64,000 bases of DNA from an uncultured Armatimonadetes bacterium. Lineage in GTDB: Bacteria; Armatimonadota; Hebobacteria; Hebobacterales; Hebobacteraceae. The first letter of the stretch is position 1. Every line of letters starts with the position of its first letter. The DNA lies in contig OY970296.1 of assembly GCA_963716175.1 (NCBI GenBank), positions 3,712,001 through 3,776,000 of the forward strand, in the 5' to 3' direction. The position numbers were made by a program, and so were the translations under genes. Below, in pieces: positions 1 through 9,812 of the stretch. The notes below the pieces were generated by a model. It ran no database searches. It saw only the letters and a program-made list of their open reading frames with translations, and was not told where the DNA came from.

Positions 1-897
1 CATGCGATCCGCCGGGATGGCCGAGCTGGAGATGACCTCGACCGGTGACCCCTCGACGAACTTGACGCTGGGCTTGAACTCCACCCCCTCCGGCGTGGTC
101 ACCACCACATCCACGGGCAGCATGAGCTTGGGCCCGGATTTCGCCGTCTGCTCCAGGATGCGCTTGGCGGTCTCGAAGTTCTCCTCATCCAGCACCGACT
201 TGCCGATCTCCTTGCCCTGGGCCTTGAGGAAGGTGTAGGCCATGCCCCCGCCGATGATCAGCGTGTCCACCCGTTTCATCAGGTTCTCGATCACCCCGAT
301 CTTGGCCTTGACTCCGCCCAGGATGGCGACAAAGGGCCGGTCCGGGCTCTCCAGCACCTTGCTCAACATCTCCACTTCCTTGCCCATCAGCAGCCCTGCC
401 ACCGCCGGCAGAAACTTGGCCATCACCGCGGTGGAGGCATGCGCCCGATGCGCGGCACCGAAGGCGTCGTTCACATACAGGTCGGCGAGGCGGGCGAGCT
501 GCTTGGCGAACCTCTCGTCGCCCTTCTCCTCCTCGGGGTGGAAGCGCAGGTTCTCCAGCATCACCACCTCACCCGGCTTCATCGCCTTCGCCGCCGCTTC
601 CACCTCCGGGCCCACGCAGTCCGAGAGCATCTTCACCGGCCGCCCGAGCAGCTCCGCCAGCCGCCTCGCCACCGGCGCCAGCGACAGGGCCGGGTCCTGC
701 TTCCCGTCGGGCCTTCCCAGGTGGGAGGCGACGATGAGGGCCCCGCCCCGGTCGAGCAAGTCCTTGAGCGTCGGCAGCGCGGCGCGGATGCGGGTGTCAT
801 CGGTGATCTGGTCGCCCTTCAGCGGCACGTTGAAATCCACGCGCACGAACACCCGCTTGCCCTTCGGGTCAATATCCCGGATGGTTTTCTTGTTCAT
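1..897 (-). CDS. pgk: Phosphoglycerate kinase (3' end runs off the window)
   Basis: Manual translation from ATG at 897: MNKKTIRDIDPKGKRVFVRVDFNVPL...DAFGAAHRAHAST...ILGGVKAKI...GGGMAYTF; directly downstream of gap. Confidence 0.97.
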   Translation of the reverse strand, partial: MNKKTIRDIDPKGKRVFVRVDFNVPLKGDQITDDTRIRAALPTLKDLLDRGGALIVASHLGRPDGKQDPALSLAPVARRLAELLGRPVKMLSDCVGPEVEAAAKAMKPGEVVMLENLRFHPEEEKGDERFAKQLARLADLYVNDAFGAAHRAHASTAVMAKFLPAVAGLLMGKEVEMLSKVLESPDRPFVAILGGVKAKIGVIENLMKRVDTLIIGGGMAYTFLKAQGKEIGKSVLDEENFETAKRILEQTAKSGPKLMLPVDVVVTTPEGVEFKPSVKFVEGSPVEVISSSAIPADRM

Positions 898-988
898 CCC
901 CATTCCCCCGTCCGCCCGTAGGGCAGGTCCGCCTTGGCCGCCGGCCGTGTGGCGGCGACCTGCCCCGGCGGGCATAGGTAGGCCCGCC

Positions 989-2014
989 CTACAGCTTCTT
1001 CGCGATCAGCTCCACCAGGTCAACCAGCCGGCACGAGTAGGCCCACTCGTTGTCATACCAGGACAGCACCTTCACCAGGTTGTCCCCGATCACGGTGGTC
1101 TCCCTGGCATCCACGATGGCGGAGGAGGTGCTACCCTTGACATCGCTGGACACGATAGGATCGCTGGTCACCTCCAGGATGCCCTTCATGGGGCCATTCG
1201 CCGCCGCGGTGAAGGCGCCGTTCACGGCCTCCGCGCTGGCGCTCTTCTCCAGCAAGCAGACCAAGTCAACCAGCGAGCCGGTGCCCACGGGCACCCGCAA
1301 GGACAACCCGTTCATCTTTCCCTTCAGCGGAGGCACCACCAGGTGAAGCGCCCTGGCCGCGCCGGTAGAGGTGGGGATGATGTTGAGGGCGGCCGCCCGC
1401 GCCCGGCGCAGGTCGCTCTTGTGCACGATGTCGAGCACCATCTGGTCATTGGTGTAGGCGTGCACCGTGGTCATCAGCCCCTTGATGATGCCGAAGCTGT
1501 CGTTCAGCACCTTGGCCACCGGGGCCAGGCAGTTGGTGGTGCAGGAGGCATTGGAGATCACCTTGTGCTTGGCCGGATCGAAGATCTGGTCGTTCACCCC
1601 CAGCACGATGGTGGGGTTCTCCGGGCCCGGTTCGCCCCTGAAAGGAGCGGAGACGATCACGTTCTTCGCGCCCGCGGTGAGATGAGCGGCCGCTTTGGCG
1701 GGGTCGGTGAAGACGCCGGTGGACTCGATCACGACGTCCACCCCGAGCGCCTTCCAGGGCAGCGCGGCCGGGTCTCTCTCGGCCGAGTCCTGGATGACTC
1801 TCCCGTCCACCACCAGCTTGCCGTCCTTGATCTCCACCGTCCCGGAGTAGCGGCCGAAGTTGGTGTCGTACTTGAGCAGATGGGCGTTGGTCTCCAGGGG
1901 TGCGATGTCGTTGATCGCCACCACCTCGAACGCCTTTGACTTCCGCTCCAGCATCGCCCGCATGGTGAGCCGCCCGATGCGGCCGAAGCCGTTAATCGCG
2001 ACTTTCAAGGCCAT
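989..2014 (-). CDS. gap: Type I glyceraldehyde-3-phosphate dehydrogenase
   Basis: MALKVAINGFGRIGR, catalytic ASCTTNCLAP, WYDNEWAYS; GAGGAGG RBS before ATG at 2014. Confidence 0.98.
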   Translation of the reverse strand: MALKVAINGFGRIGRLTMRAMLERKSKAFEVVAINDIAPLETNAHLLKYDTNFGRYSGTVEIKDGKLVVDGRVIQDSAERDPAALPWKALGVDVVIESTGVFTDPAKAAAHLTAGAKNVIVSAPFRGEPGPENPTIVLGVNDQIFDPAKHKVISNASCTTNCLAPVAKVLNDSFGIIKGLMTTVHAYTNDQMVLDIVHKSDLRRARAAALNIIPTSTGAARALHLVVPPLKGKMNGLSLRVPVGTGSLVDLVCLLEKSASAEAVNGAFTAAANGPMKGILEVTSDPIVSSDVKGSTSSAIVDARETTVIGDNLVKVLSWYDNEWAYSCRLVDLVELIAKKL

Positions 2015-2234
2015 GATGCCTCCTCCTCGGCGCGGGCCTTGCCCGCGCTTGCTGAACCTGAACTCACTCCAGGCGGGAGCCGCGCTCCCGCCTCGCATAG
2101 GCGCCTCAGGCGCCCACTGCCATGGTGATCGGTCCTGGCCCGATGGGGGAAACCGCGCAGGCAGGGCCGACAGTCCTGGCCGGAGGTTTCCCCACGAAAA
2201 AGCCCCTCGCCGCAGCTGGCTTCAGGGCCGCCGT

Positions 2235-2264
2235 ATTCTAGCCGAACTCGCCTGGGACTGTCAA
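2235..2264 (-). promoter_or_regulatory. Sigma70-type promoter for gap-pgk
   Basis: TTGACA-18 bp-TAGAAT on minus strand. Confidence 0.65.
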
Positions 2265-2311
2265 GAATCCGCGCCGGGCCACCGTCAGCAACCGCGAACA
2301 ATGTTGCAGCC

Positions 2312-2692
2312 TCAGCGGCTGCGCCGCCCCAGTTCGAACAACCCCGTCAAGATCGTGCTCAGCAAGCTCATCACCACCGCGCCCAGCGCGGCCGACCAGA
2401 ACCCACTCACCTCGAAGCCCCACTTCAGCGTGCCCACGAAGTAGAACACCAGCACGTTCACGAAGAGTGAGAGCGCGAAGGCCCATAGCCCGAAGGTGAG
2501 GCAGGACAGGGGCAGAGTGACGATCCTCAGGAGGAACAGAAAGGGCCTGGCGAGCATGTTGAGCAATCCCAGCGCCAGGGTCGCCGCCAGGATCTTGAAC
2601 ACACTGCCGGCCGGCCCCAGGCCAGGCAGGCCGATGTGAATGGTGATCAGCAGCGCCAGTGAGATCAGCAGCCAGCGCAGGATGAGCCGCAT
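2312..2692 (-). CDS. Phage holin family / YvlD-like 4-TM membrane protein
   Basis: MRLILRWLLISLALL...LGLLNMLARPFL...LTFGLWAFALSLFVN...GFEVSGFWSAALGAVVMSLLS typical of this family. Confidence 0.8.
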   Translation of the reverse strand: MRLILRWLLISLALLITIHIGLPGLGPAGSVFKILAATLALGLLNMLARPFLFLLRIVTLPLSCLTFGLWAFALSLFVNVLVFYFVGTLKWGFEVSGFWSAALGAVVMSLLSTILTGLFELGRRSR

Positions 2693-2775
2693 GGGACCCT
2701 GACTTCTGCTGGCAGAGGGCACTCTCCTGCCGGGAAGCGACAACGGCGGGCATCCCCCACCGGCGGATACCCGCC

Positions 2776-3291
2776 TTACAGGGCCACGCGGCCACCGTCG
2801 ACCCGCACCCCCTCCAGCTCCAGCAGTCTCCGCTTCATGGGCAGGCCCCCGCCGAAGCCTGTAAGGCTGCCGTCTGACCCTACGACACGGTGGCATGGTA
2901 TCACCAGCCCAATCGGATTGTGGGCCATCGCCTGCCCGGCGGCGCGGGCGCCTCTGGGATTGCCGGCGCGAGCCGCCAGCCACGCATAGCTGCGCACCTC
3001 TCCGTAGGGAATCTCCCGCGCCGCAAGCATCGCCCGGCGGTAGAAGCGCGGCTGGCCAGACAGATCAACGCGATAGGGCTCGAAGTCCACCATCTCGCCA
3101 ACGAAGTAACGTCGAACATCGTGGGCCAGCGCGGTCAATAGCTCATCTCCCTCCCCTGGCCTGTCATGAGCAGCGGCCTCCCGCACTGCCTCCGAGTTCG
3201 CCCGCCTGGACGGCGAGCAAGCCGTAAGCTTGCCCTCGCGAGAGGCGGCGCAGATCCATCCCATAGAGGTGCGAAACAGCATGAACGCCAT
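2776..3291 (-). CDS. ogt: Methylated-DNA--protein-cysteine methyltransferase
   Basis: IPYGEVRSY, ARAAGQAMAHNP, active site IPCHRVV, GFGGGLPMKRRLL. Confidence 0.93.
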   Translation of the reverse strand: MAFMLFRTSMGWICAASREGKLTACSPSRRANSEAVREAAAHDRPGEGDELLTALAHDVRRYFVGEMVDFEPYRVDLSGQPRFYRRAMLAAREIPYGEVRSYAWLAARAGNPRGARAAGQAMAHNPIGLVIPCHRVVGSDGSLTGFGGGLPMKRRLLELEGVRVDGGRVAL

Positions 3292-3356
3292 GATCGCGAG
3301 CTCCTGTAGGGCGGGTATGTCCCCGAGCGCAGCAAGGGGCATGCCCGCCGCCCTGA

Positions 3357-4373
3357 CTAATACCCGTCGCGATGCCACATCACCGGGATGGGGGACCGGA
3401 AGAGGTGCTCGATCGCATCATCCTGGTCCCGAAAGCCGGCCCGCCGAATCCATTCACCATTCGGGACCAGCACCATCAGCCCCGGGCCGACCTCGACCTG
3501 CACCGGAACCCGCTGGCGCTCCAGCAGGTTGAGCACCGGGGCATCGCCTCCCATCTGCAAGATCGCTCGGCCCCCGCCGCTTTTCAGGAACTGCTGGGCC
3601 GCCTCCCGCAGTAAGGTGACAGCCCCCTGCTCGTGACGGCGGAGATGCGCCAGCTCGGTCACCGAGAGGTGCCTCTGCTCTGGGGGACTATGGGCGGCCA
3701 GGTAGGCCACACGCTGGCCGTTCACCACTCCCACCAGCCCGCAGGCATCAAGCTGGGCAGAGAACCCATAGGGGAACGTGCCCCGGCGCGGCCAGGTTTC
3801 CCAGGAGCGCAGATCGCGCACCTGCATCCCGGTGCGGCCCTGGCTGTACTGATGGTAAATGGCGGCGAGCGCGGGCCAGTCCCGGTTGTAGTCGAGTTTC
3901 TCGATAGTGCAGGGAGCTTCGATCTCCAACCGCGCCAGCGCGCTGGCCGGACATTCGAAGCCGTCCACCTTGGGCACTTCGCGGAATCCGAAGCGAGCAA
4001 AGAAGCCGGGGACGCGGGTGGTGAGCATCGCCAGCTCGTAGCCGCGCTGGCGTATCAGGCGGAGCAGATCCTGGATCACCCGGGTGCCGAAGCCGCGGCG
4101 TTGGTAGAAGGGATGGGTGGCCACCGCGGTGATGCCAGCGACTATGACTATCTGGTTACCCACATAGACCGCGCGATGGAGCGCCACCGCCTCGGCCACG
4201 ATGACGCCATCGAGCAGGCCCACCCGCACCCGGTCGGGGTGGAAATAGGGATCGTTGACCAGGGAGTTGCGGACGATGGTGAGGCTGTGCTCGTCCACCC
4301 CAAAGGCGGCCTGGAAACAGGACAGGAACCCGTCCAGCTCGCCTTTCTGCAGCCCTCGGACTTGGAATGCCAT
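3357..4373 (-). CDS. GNAT family (Eis-like) N-acetyltransferase
   Basis: AGITAVATHPFYQRRGFG acetyl-CoA motif, FFARFGF; two-lobed length of 338 aa. Confidence 0.8.
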   Translation of the reverse strand: MAFQVRGLQKGELDGFLSCFQAAFGVDEHSLTIVRNSLVNDPYFHPDRVRVGLLDGVIVAEAVALHRAVYVGNQIVIVAGITAVATHPFYQRRGFGTRVIQDLLRLIRQRGYELAMLTTRVPGFFARFGFREVPKVDGFECPASALARLEIEAPCTIEKLDYNRDWPALAAIYHQYSQGRTGMQVRDLRSWETWPRRGTFPYGFSAQLDACGLVGVVNGQRVAYLAAHSPPEQRHLSVTELAHLRRHEQGAVTLLREAAQQFLKSGGGRAILQMGGDAPVLNLLERQRVPVQVEVGPGLMVLVPNGEWIRRAGFRDQDDAIEHLFRSPIPVMWHRDGY

Positions 4374-4376
4374 GGC

Positions 4377-6266
4377 TCAGGAAGGAGTGGCGGCGCCCAG
4401 CGCCTCGACGATCTGCCGGGCGAGCCAATCGCTGCAGCCGGCCACGGAGGCGATCTCCTCCACCGACGCCTGGCGCAGCTTCTTCAGGCTGTGGAAGTGG
4501 CCGAGCAGCCTTTGCTTTCGCTTCTCCCCCACCCCCGGGATCGCGTCCAGCATGCTCTCCCGCGCGCCCTGCGCGCGCAAGGTGCGATGATAGGAGATGG
4601 CAAACCGGTGCGCCTCGTCCCGCACTCGCTGGAGCAGATGGAGCGCCCGCGAGTGCTCCGGCAGCGAGATCGGCGCCGCCCGACGCGGCAAGTACACCTG
4701 CTCGTGTTCCTTCGCCAGCCCGGCCGCGGGCAGACGAAGCTGCAGCGAGTCCATCGCCTGCAGCGCCATGCCGAGCTGCCCCGCTCCACCATCCACCAGG
4801 ATGAGGTCCGGTAGGTGGGCGAACTTGACATTGCCGGACACGGCCGCCTTCAGCCGTCGGGATAGCACTTCGTGCATCATGGCGTAATCGTTCGGTTTAC
4901 CCGCCGGCCGTGTGGCGGGCCCACCTTCGTCCAACGTAATCCGAAATCGCCGGTAGTCGCTGCGCTTGGGCTGACCCTCCTCGAACACGATCATGGAGCC
5001 AACCGCAAGCTTGCCCTGGAGGTTGGAGATATCGAAAGCCTCGATCCGGCGTGGAGCAACCGGCAGCATCAGCACTTTCTGCAGATCGGCCACCGCTTCC
5101 TGCCCGCGGCGCTGCTCTGCGCTCTCCCGCTCCAACACTGCGCGGAGGTGGTAGTCGGCATTCTCCATCGCCATCTCCACCAGCTTCCGGCCCTTGCCGC
5201 GCCTGGGCACCTCCAGCTTCACCGCTCGTCCCCGGCGCCTCTGCAACAGCTCGTGCAGCGAGGCCGCGTCCTCGATCGCAAGCGGCAGCAGCACCCGCTG
5301 CGGCGCCGCCGCCGATTGCTGGTAGTGCTGCTTGGCGAACTCGTTCAGCGCCTCCGCCGCCGGCACCCCCGAGACCCCGGTCAGCATGAAGTTGTCCTGG
5401 CCCGTGATGCGGCCTCCGCGCACCTGGAGCACGGCCATGCAGCCGGTATCCTCCTGGAGGGCATAGCCGAAGACGTCCACGTCCTCCCTCTTGCCCAGCA
5501 CCGCGTGCTGCTCGGCCAGGGTGCGCTCGATGGCACCAATCTGATCGCGGATGCGGGCCGCCTGCTCGAACCGCAGGCCGGCCGAGGCCGCCGCCATGTC
5601 CTGGCGAAGCTGCTCCAGCACGAACTCCTGCTTGCCCTCGAGGAAATCACAGACTTGCCTCACCGCCTTCTGGTATTCCTCCGCGGTCACCGCCCCCGCA
5701 CACGGCCCCAGGCACCGGTGCATGTAGTAGTCCAGGCAGGGCCGGCGCAGTCGCAGCCCAGGCTTCCAGGCGCAGCCGCCCCGGCGCTTCGCCGAAAACA
5801 CCAGCCGCTGGCAGATGCCAAACACGCGCCGCACCAGGCGGATCGTCCCCCACATCGCCCGGGTGGAGGGATAGGGCCCGAAGTAGCGGGCGCCGTCGTC
5901 GGCAATCGCCCGCTGGCGCACTACGCACAGCGCCGGGAACTGCTCCCTGAGGTCAATCCTGATGTACTGATAGCTCTTGTCATCGCGGTTGCGGACATTA
6001 TACCGGGGGCGATACTTCTGGATCAGGTTGAACTCCAGCACCACCGCGTCCAGCTCGGAATCGGCGACCACGAAGTCCAGATCGTGAACTCGCTCCACCA
6101 GAGACTGGGTGCGCGGGTGCAGATCGGCGCTGGCTTGAAAGTAAGACCGCACCCGGTTGCGAAGGGAGCCGGCCTTGCCCACGTAGATGACGTCACCCAC
6201 CACATCCTTGAACAGATACACACCGGGCGTGGTGGGGAGCTGATCGAGCTTGTCTTGCAGGGTCAC
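4377..6266 (-). CDS. uvrC: Excinuclease ABC subunit C
   Basis: GIY-YIG PGVYLF...IYVGKA, Cys-rich region, RIEAFDISN, DLILVDGG, RDEAHRFA, C-terminal HhH. Confidence 0.98.
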   Translation of the reverse strand: MTLQDKLDQLPTTPGVYLFKDVVGDVIYVGKAGSLRNRVRSYFQASADLHPRTQSLVERVHDLDFVVADSELDAVVLEFNLIQKYRPRYNVRNRDDKSYQYIRIDLREQFPALCVVRQRAIADDGARYFGPYPSTRAMWGTIRLVRRVFGICQRLVFSAKRRGGCAWKPGLRLRRPCLDYYMHRCLGPCAGAVTAEEYQKAVRQVCDFLEGKQEFVLEQLRQDMAAASAGLRFEQAARIRDQIGAIERTLAEQHAVLGKREDVDVFGYALQEDTGCMAVLQVRGGRITGQDNFMLTGVSGVPAAEALNEFAKQHYQQSAAAPQRVLLPLAIEDAASLHELLQRRRGRAVKLEVPRRGKGRKLVEMAMENADYHLRAVLERESAEQRRGQEAVADLQKVLMLPVAPRRIEAFDISNLQGKLAVGSMIVFEEGQPKRSDYRRFRITLDEGGPATRPAGKPNDYAMMHEVLSRRLKAAVSGNVKFAHLPDLILVDGGAGQLGMALQAMDSLQLRLPAAGLAKEHEQVYLPRRAAPISLPEHSRALHLLQRVRDEAHRFAISYHRTLRAQGARESMLDAIPGVGEKRKQRLLGHFHSLKKLRQASVEEIASVAGCSDWLARQIVEALGAATPS

Positions 6267-6284
6267 GGGGAGATCACCACTTCG

Positions 6285-6313
6285 ATACTACCCGGAGGGA
6301 AGAGGGGTGTCAA
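6285..6313 (-). promoter_or_regulatory. Sigma70-type promoter for uvrC
   Basis: TTGACA-17 bp-TAGTAT on minus strand ending 19 bp upstream of the GTG start. Confidence 0.65.
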
Positions 6314-6333
6314 CGCGGGGGCGGGCCATCTTA

Positions 6334-6362
6334 GCCACCGATGAACGCAGATGAACGCCGAT
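6334..6362 (+). repeat. Decamer-period repeat (ATGAACGCAG-type), dispersed family
   Basis: GCCACCGATGAACGCAGATGAACGCCGAT; related copies at 26147-26179 (+), 27304-27331 (-), 49981-50007 (-). Confidence 0.75.
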
Positions 6363-6458
6363 AACCAGTAGCCCACCCCTGCGGCTTTGCGCAGGGGTGG
6401 GGCAGTTGAAACGCGTAGGGCAGGAGCTTCTCTCCTGCCATGAATCCAAGCCCGATGG

Positions 6459-7355
6459 TCACACGGAGGGCAGCCCCATTCCTGCCTCCGCCGACTTGGC
6501 GACAAGATAGGAAACGAAGGCGGAGCAAGCGACTAACATGTACTGGGCCTCTGCCCGACCAACCCTATCCTCATCCAGCATCTTGTGGCGCACGCCGTCC
6601 TCGTCGCTTGTATAGGCATAGAGCAGATCGAAAGCCCTCTTGAGAGCCCCGTGCATCTCGACCTTTGAGCGTTGCTCTATGGCACGAAGCGCCTTTGCGA
6701 GATCAGCCTTGGGCTCGCCGGCGATGATGCACGCGAGGGATTCGACCGCGCTGATGGATTCCTTGAGCGAGTTCCGGTAGTCGGGGTCCGGGCGCTGTGC
6801 GTAGAACTGCAACGCCTGCGCGAGGTGACTCCGCACACCGGCGAGCGGTTTGGCATCCGCCACCGCCGTCTCGATTGCGGCTATTTCGTCTTCCGACGTG
6901 ATCTCGGCGATGCGACAGCCCACAAGACGCCAAGCACATTGCTCCTTGGCCATTGCTCCATTGCAGTGCTGCGCGAAGTCGCCAACGGGATCTGCGTCAG
7001 GTTCGAAGTCGTTGTATTCTTTGAAGTTTTCCGCGACAAACTCCAAGAAGTCGTAGACCTCGTACCACTGGCAGTGGTGGAAGTATTTGCGTATCCCCTG
7101 GCACACGGAATAGACACTCTCGTGCTCTATGGTATCCCAAGTATACTTGAAGTAGTCTGTCCATAGCAGGTAGATAATGTGACGGGCGGGGTCATCCGCA
7201 TCTGCCACATGATCGGCAGCTTGCCCCCGCTCTAGTCGATCGCAGAAGTGAATATCCACCCCATTCCAGAGGCGATTCCGCAGAGAGGCGTCCATCGAGT
7301 CCTTCTGGATGGCATTCCTGACCTGCTTGTAACCGTGCTTCTCTGAGAATCGCAT
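6459..7355 (-). CDS. AbiJ-NTD4 domain protein (predicted abortive-infection/HEPN-like)
   Basis: MRFSEKHGY...MDASLRNRLWN, WYEVYDFLEF, PDYRNSLKESISAVES, LYAYTSDEDGVRH characteristic of AbiJ-NTD4 proteins; visibly lower GC than flanks. Confidence 0.8.
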   Translation of the reverse strand: MRFSEKHGYKQVRNAIQKDSMDASLRNRLWNGVDIHFCDRLERGQAADHVADADDPARHIIYLLWTDYFKYTWDTIEHESVYSVCQGIRKYFHHCQWYEVYDFLEFVAENFKEYNDFEPDADPVGDFAQHCNGAMAKEQCAWRLVGCRIAEITSEDEIAAIETAVADAKPLAGVRSHLAQALQFYAQRPDPDYRNSLKESISAVESLACIIAGEPKADLAKALRAIEQRSKVEMHGALKRAFDLLYAYTSDEDGVRHKMLDEDRVGRAEAQYMLVACSAFVSYLVAKSAEAGMGLPSV

Positions 7356-7437
7356 CGCTATGTCCTCGCTCCCGATCTATCTCACAGCCCAGTCATCCGG
7401 CGCGTAGGTAGGGGCCGAAGGTGCGTTGGCATCCTCT

Positions 7438-7836
7438 TCATACCGCACAACACTTCAGTCCGGCGCACTCTTGAATGAGGTCGAAATCGCGATCCTTGTG
7501 CAAGAGGGTGAGATCGTTCTCCAGACAGATGGCGGCGATAATGCAGTCCACCGTTTTTCTGACCGTCTTCCCCCTCTTTCGGCAGTCCCGATGAATCTGG
7601 GCCGCCTGGAGGTAGGTCTGGACACCTTTCGGCCGGTAGATGGCAAACTCGAGGAGATACTCCTTCATCATCCGGAAAGCCCGGTCATCCTGGATGCCCT
7701 GGAGAACCTCTGTCAGGATAATCTCGGTGATCGCGAGGTCGTGCTCCTCCTCAATGAGCCTGTGCAAGGCGCGGCGATGGGCTGAATTCACGCCCCTCAG
7801 AAAGTCTATCCAGACGCTCGTGTCTACCAGGATCAT
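7438..7836 (-). CDS. vapC: VapC PIN-domain toxin
   Basis: MILVDTSVWIDF, ILTEVLQG, TVDCIIAA, LLHKDRDF: all PIN acidic residues present. Confidence 0.93.
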   Translation of the reverse strand: MILVDTSVWIDFLRGVNSAHRRALHRLIEEEHDLAITEIILTEVLQGIQDDRAFRMMKEYLLEFAIYRPKGVQTYLQAAQIHRDCRKRGKTVRKTVDCIIAAICLENDLTLLHKDRDFDLIQECAGLKCCAV

Positions 7837-8033
7837 GCCCGGCTTTTCCTCATCTCCTGGAGAGTGCCGGCCCACTCCACCTTTCCCTCGAAATCCAGGA
7901 GCTTCTTCCTCTTCAGCTTGCGTACTAGCTCTTCGAGGGCGTAATTCACCACCTCCTTCTTGGTCCTCTTACGGGTGAGCCTCATGGCCTCACCCACCAG
8001 CTTCTCGTCAAGCTCGATGTTTGTCCTCAACAT
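7833..8033 (-). CDS. vapB: VapB antitoxin
   Basis: MLRTNIELDEKLVGEAMRLT...TKKEVVNYALEEL; ATGA overlap with vapC; AGGAGG RBS. Confidence 0.92.
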   Translation of the reverse strand: MLRTNIELDEKLVGEAMRLTRKRTKKEVVNYALEELVRKLKRKKLLDFEGKVEWAGTLQEMRKSRA

Positions 8034-8048
8034 AGGAACGCCCTCCTG

Positions 8049-8078
8049 ATACACACAGCATAACCGATTCCTGTGTAT
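8049..8078. promoter_or_regulatory. Putative VapB operator (inverted repeat)
   Basis: ACACAG-12 bp-CTGTGT inverted repeat immediately upstream of vapB RBS. Confidence 0.4.
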
Positions 8079-8106
8079 GAAGTAAACAGCTTATTATGGC
8101 TGCAGC

Positions 8107-9725
8107 CTACCGCCTCCGGTACCCTACCTTGCCTCCCACGATTACCATCTCCACCCGCGGTTTCATGAGCCGGGATGGGCGCACTCGCGACAGGTCCTCA
8201 GAGAGCACCACGATATCGGCCAGGTATCCGGGCGCCAGCTTCCCCTTGAAAGCTCCCTCGCCAGTGGCTTTGGCGGGGGCCACAGTGTAGGCCCGTAGGG
8301 CGGCCATCGTGCTGACGCCTTCCTCGCGGCGGTACCAGCCCTTCGCAGGGCGCCCGTCCCGCGTCTGCCGGCGGACCGCGGCGTAGATGCCCCACATGGG
8401 ATCGGCCGTCTCCACCGGCGCGTCCGAGCCAAACACCACGCTGGCGCCCGCCTTCATCAGGCTGCGGATGGGATAGGCCCATCGGCTGCGCGGGCCCCAA
8501 TAGCGCTCGGCCGAGTCAATGTCGCCCAGAATGTGGCAGGGCTGCATGGAGGCCACCACCCCCAGGCGCGGAACCGCGGCAGGTCCTGCGGGCGCACCAG
8601 TTGCGCGTGCTCGATGCGGTGGGGCAGGGCAGGCCGTGGCATGCCCTCCTGACCCGTCGCCTGCTCCAGTGCCTCCAGCGCCTCCGCGTTCGCCCGATCG
8701 CCGATGGCGTGCACCGCGCAGGCCAGCCCCGCCTCCGACGCCCGTCGCACCAGGTCGCGGAGGTCTCCGCCGTACAGCACCGGCACTCCATAGGCCGAGC
8801 CGATCTCATAGGGCTGGAAGAGCCAGGCCGTCTGGCTGCCCAGGGTGCCATCCACCAGCAGCTTCACCCCGCCGATACGCAGCCATTCGTCGCCGATACC
8901 GCTGCGCACCCCGGCCCCGATCAAGGCGTCCAGCGTCGCCGCCGGGCGGTATAGCGTCACCCGCAGCGGAAGCTGCCCCTTCTCCCTCAAGGCCTGCAGC
9001 TCGCCCAGGGTTTCGGTCTCGGCCATGGCGTGCACGGACGTGACTCCCTGTCGCACCAGCGCACGCAGTCCGGCCAGCAGTTCGTCTCGCCCTCCGCCCC
9101 GGTCGTCGAAGGCGCGGCAGCTATAGACCAGGGCCGCCGCCTTCTCCTGGAGAACCCCGGTGGGCTCGCCCGCAGCATCCCGTAGGATGACCCCGCCCGC
9201 AGGCGCCGTGGTATCTCGGCCGATGCCGCAGATCCGCAAGGCGGCTGAGTTGACCCAGACCGAGTGGCCATCCCGGGAATGCAGCAGCACCGGATGATGC
9301 GGCGCGGCTTGGTCCAGGTCGCGCCGATCTGGGAACTCATCTCCCCAGCGGTTCTTGTCGAACCCGCCGCCGGTGATCCACTGGCCCGCGGGCACCCGCC
9401 GGGCTCGCGCCGCCACCTGGCGCAGCGCCGCCGCCAAGGTACGCGCGCGCTCCAGGTTCACCCGGGAGAGCATGCCGCCGAGAGCGCGCAGGTGAACGTG
9501 GCTGTCGGTGAACCCTGGCAGGGCCAGGCGACCGCCGAGATCCACTATCGCGGTCCGCGGTCCCCGCAGGGCCGCCAGCTCTCGCTCGCCGCCGACCGCG
9601 AGCACCCGGTCGCCGCGCACAGCCACTGCCGCAACCGCGTCACCCGCCATGGTGAGCACGCGGCCGTTCACCAGCATCACGTCGGCGGTCACGGGCTTCA
9701 TCCGAGGAGCCATCTGGCTGCGCAT
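8107..9725 (-). CDS. Amidohydrolase (YtcJ-like, Amidohydro_3), apparent frameshift near 8565
   Basis: LPGFTDSHVH, HAIGDRAN, HRIEHAQ then second frame VASMQPCH...FGSDAPV...GKLAPGYLADIVVL. Confidence 0.88.
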
Positions 9726-9812
9726 GATCCTCCTCCGCGGCCTCTCGCGAGGCGACATCCCCCGATGCCCCGGACACGGGGTGAAGCGGGGTCAGGACAC
9801 CCCGCCCTCCAG

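Noticed and set aside
2312-2692. Prophage signal from the holin-family gene
   Set aside because: This 4-TM family is commonly chromosomal near uvr genes; no phage genes nearby
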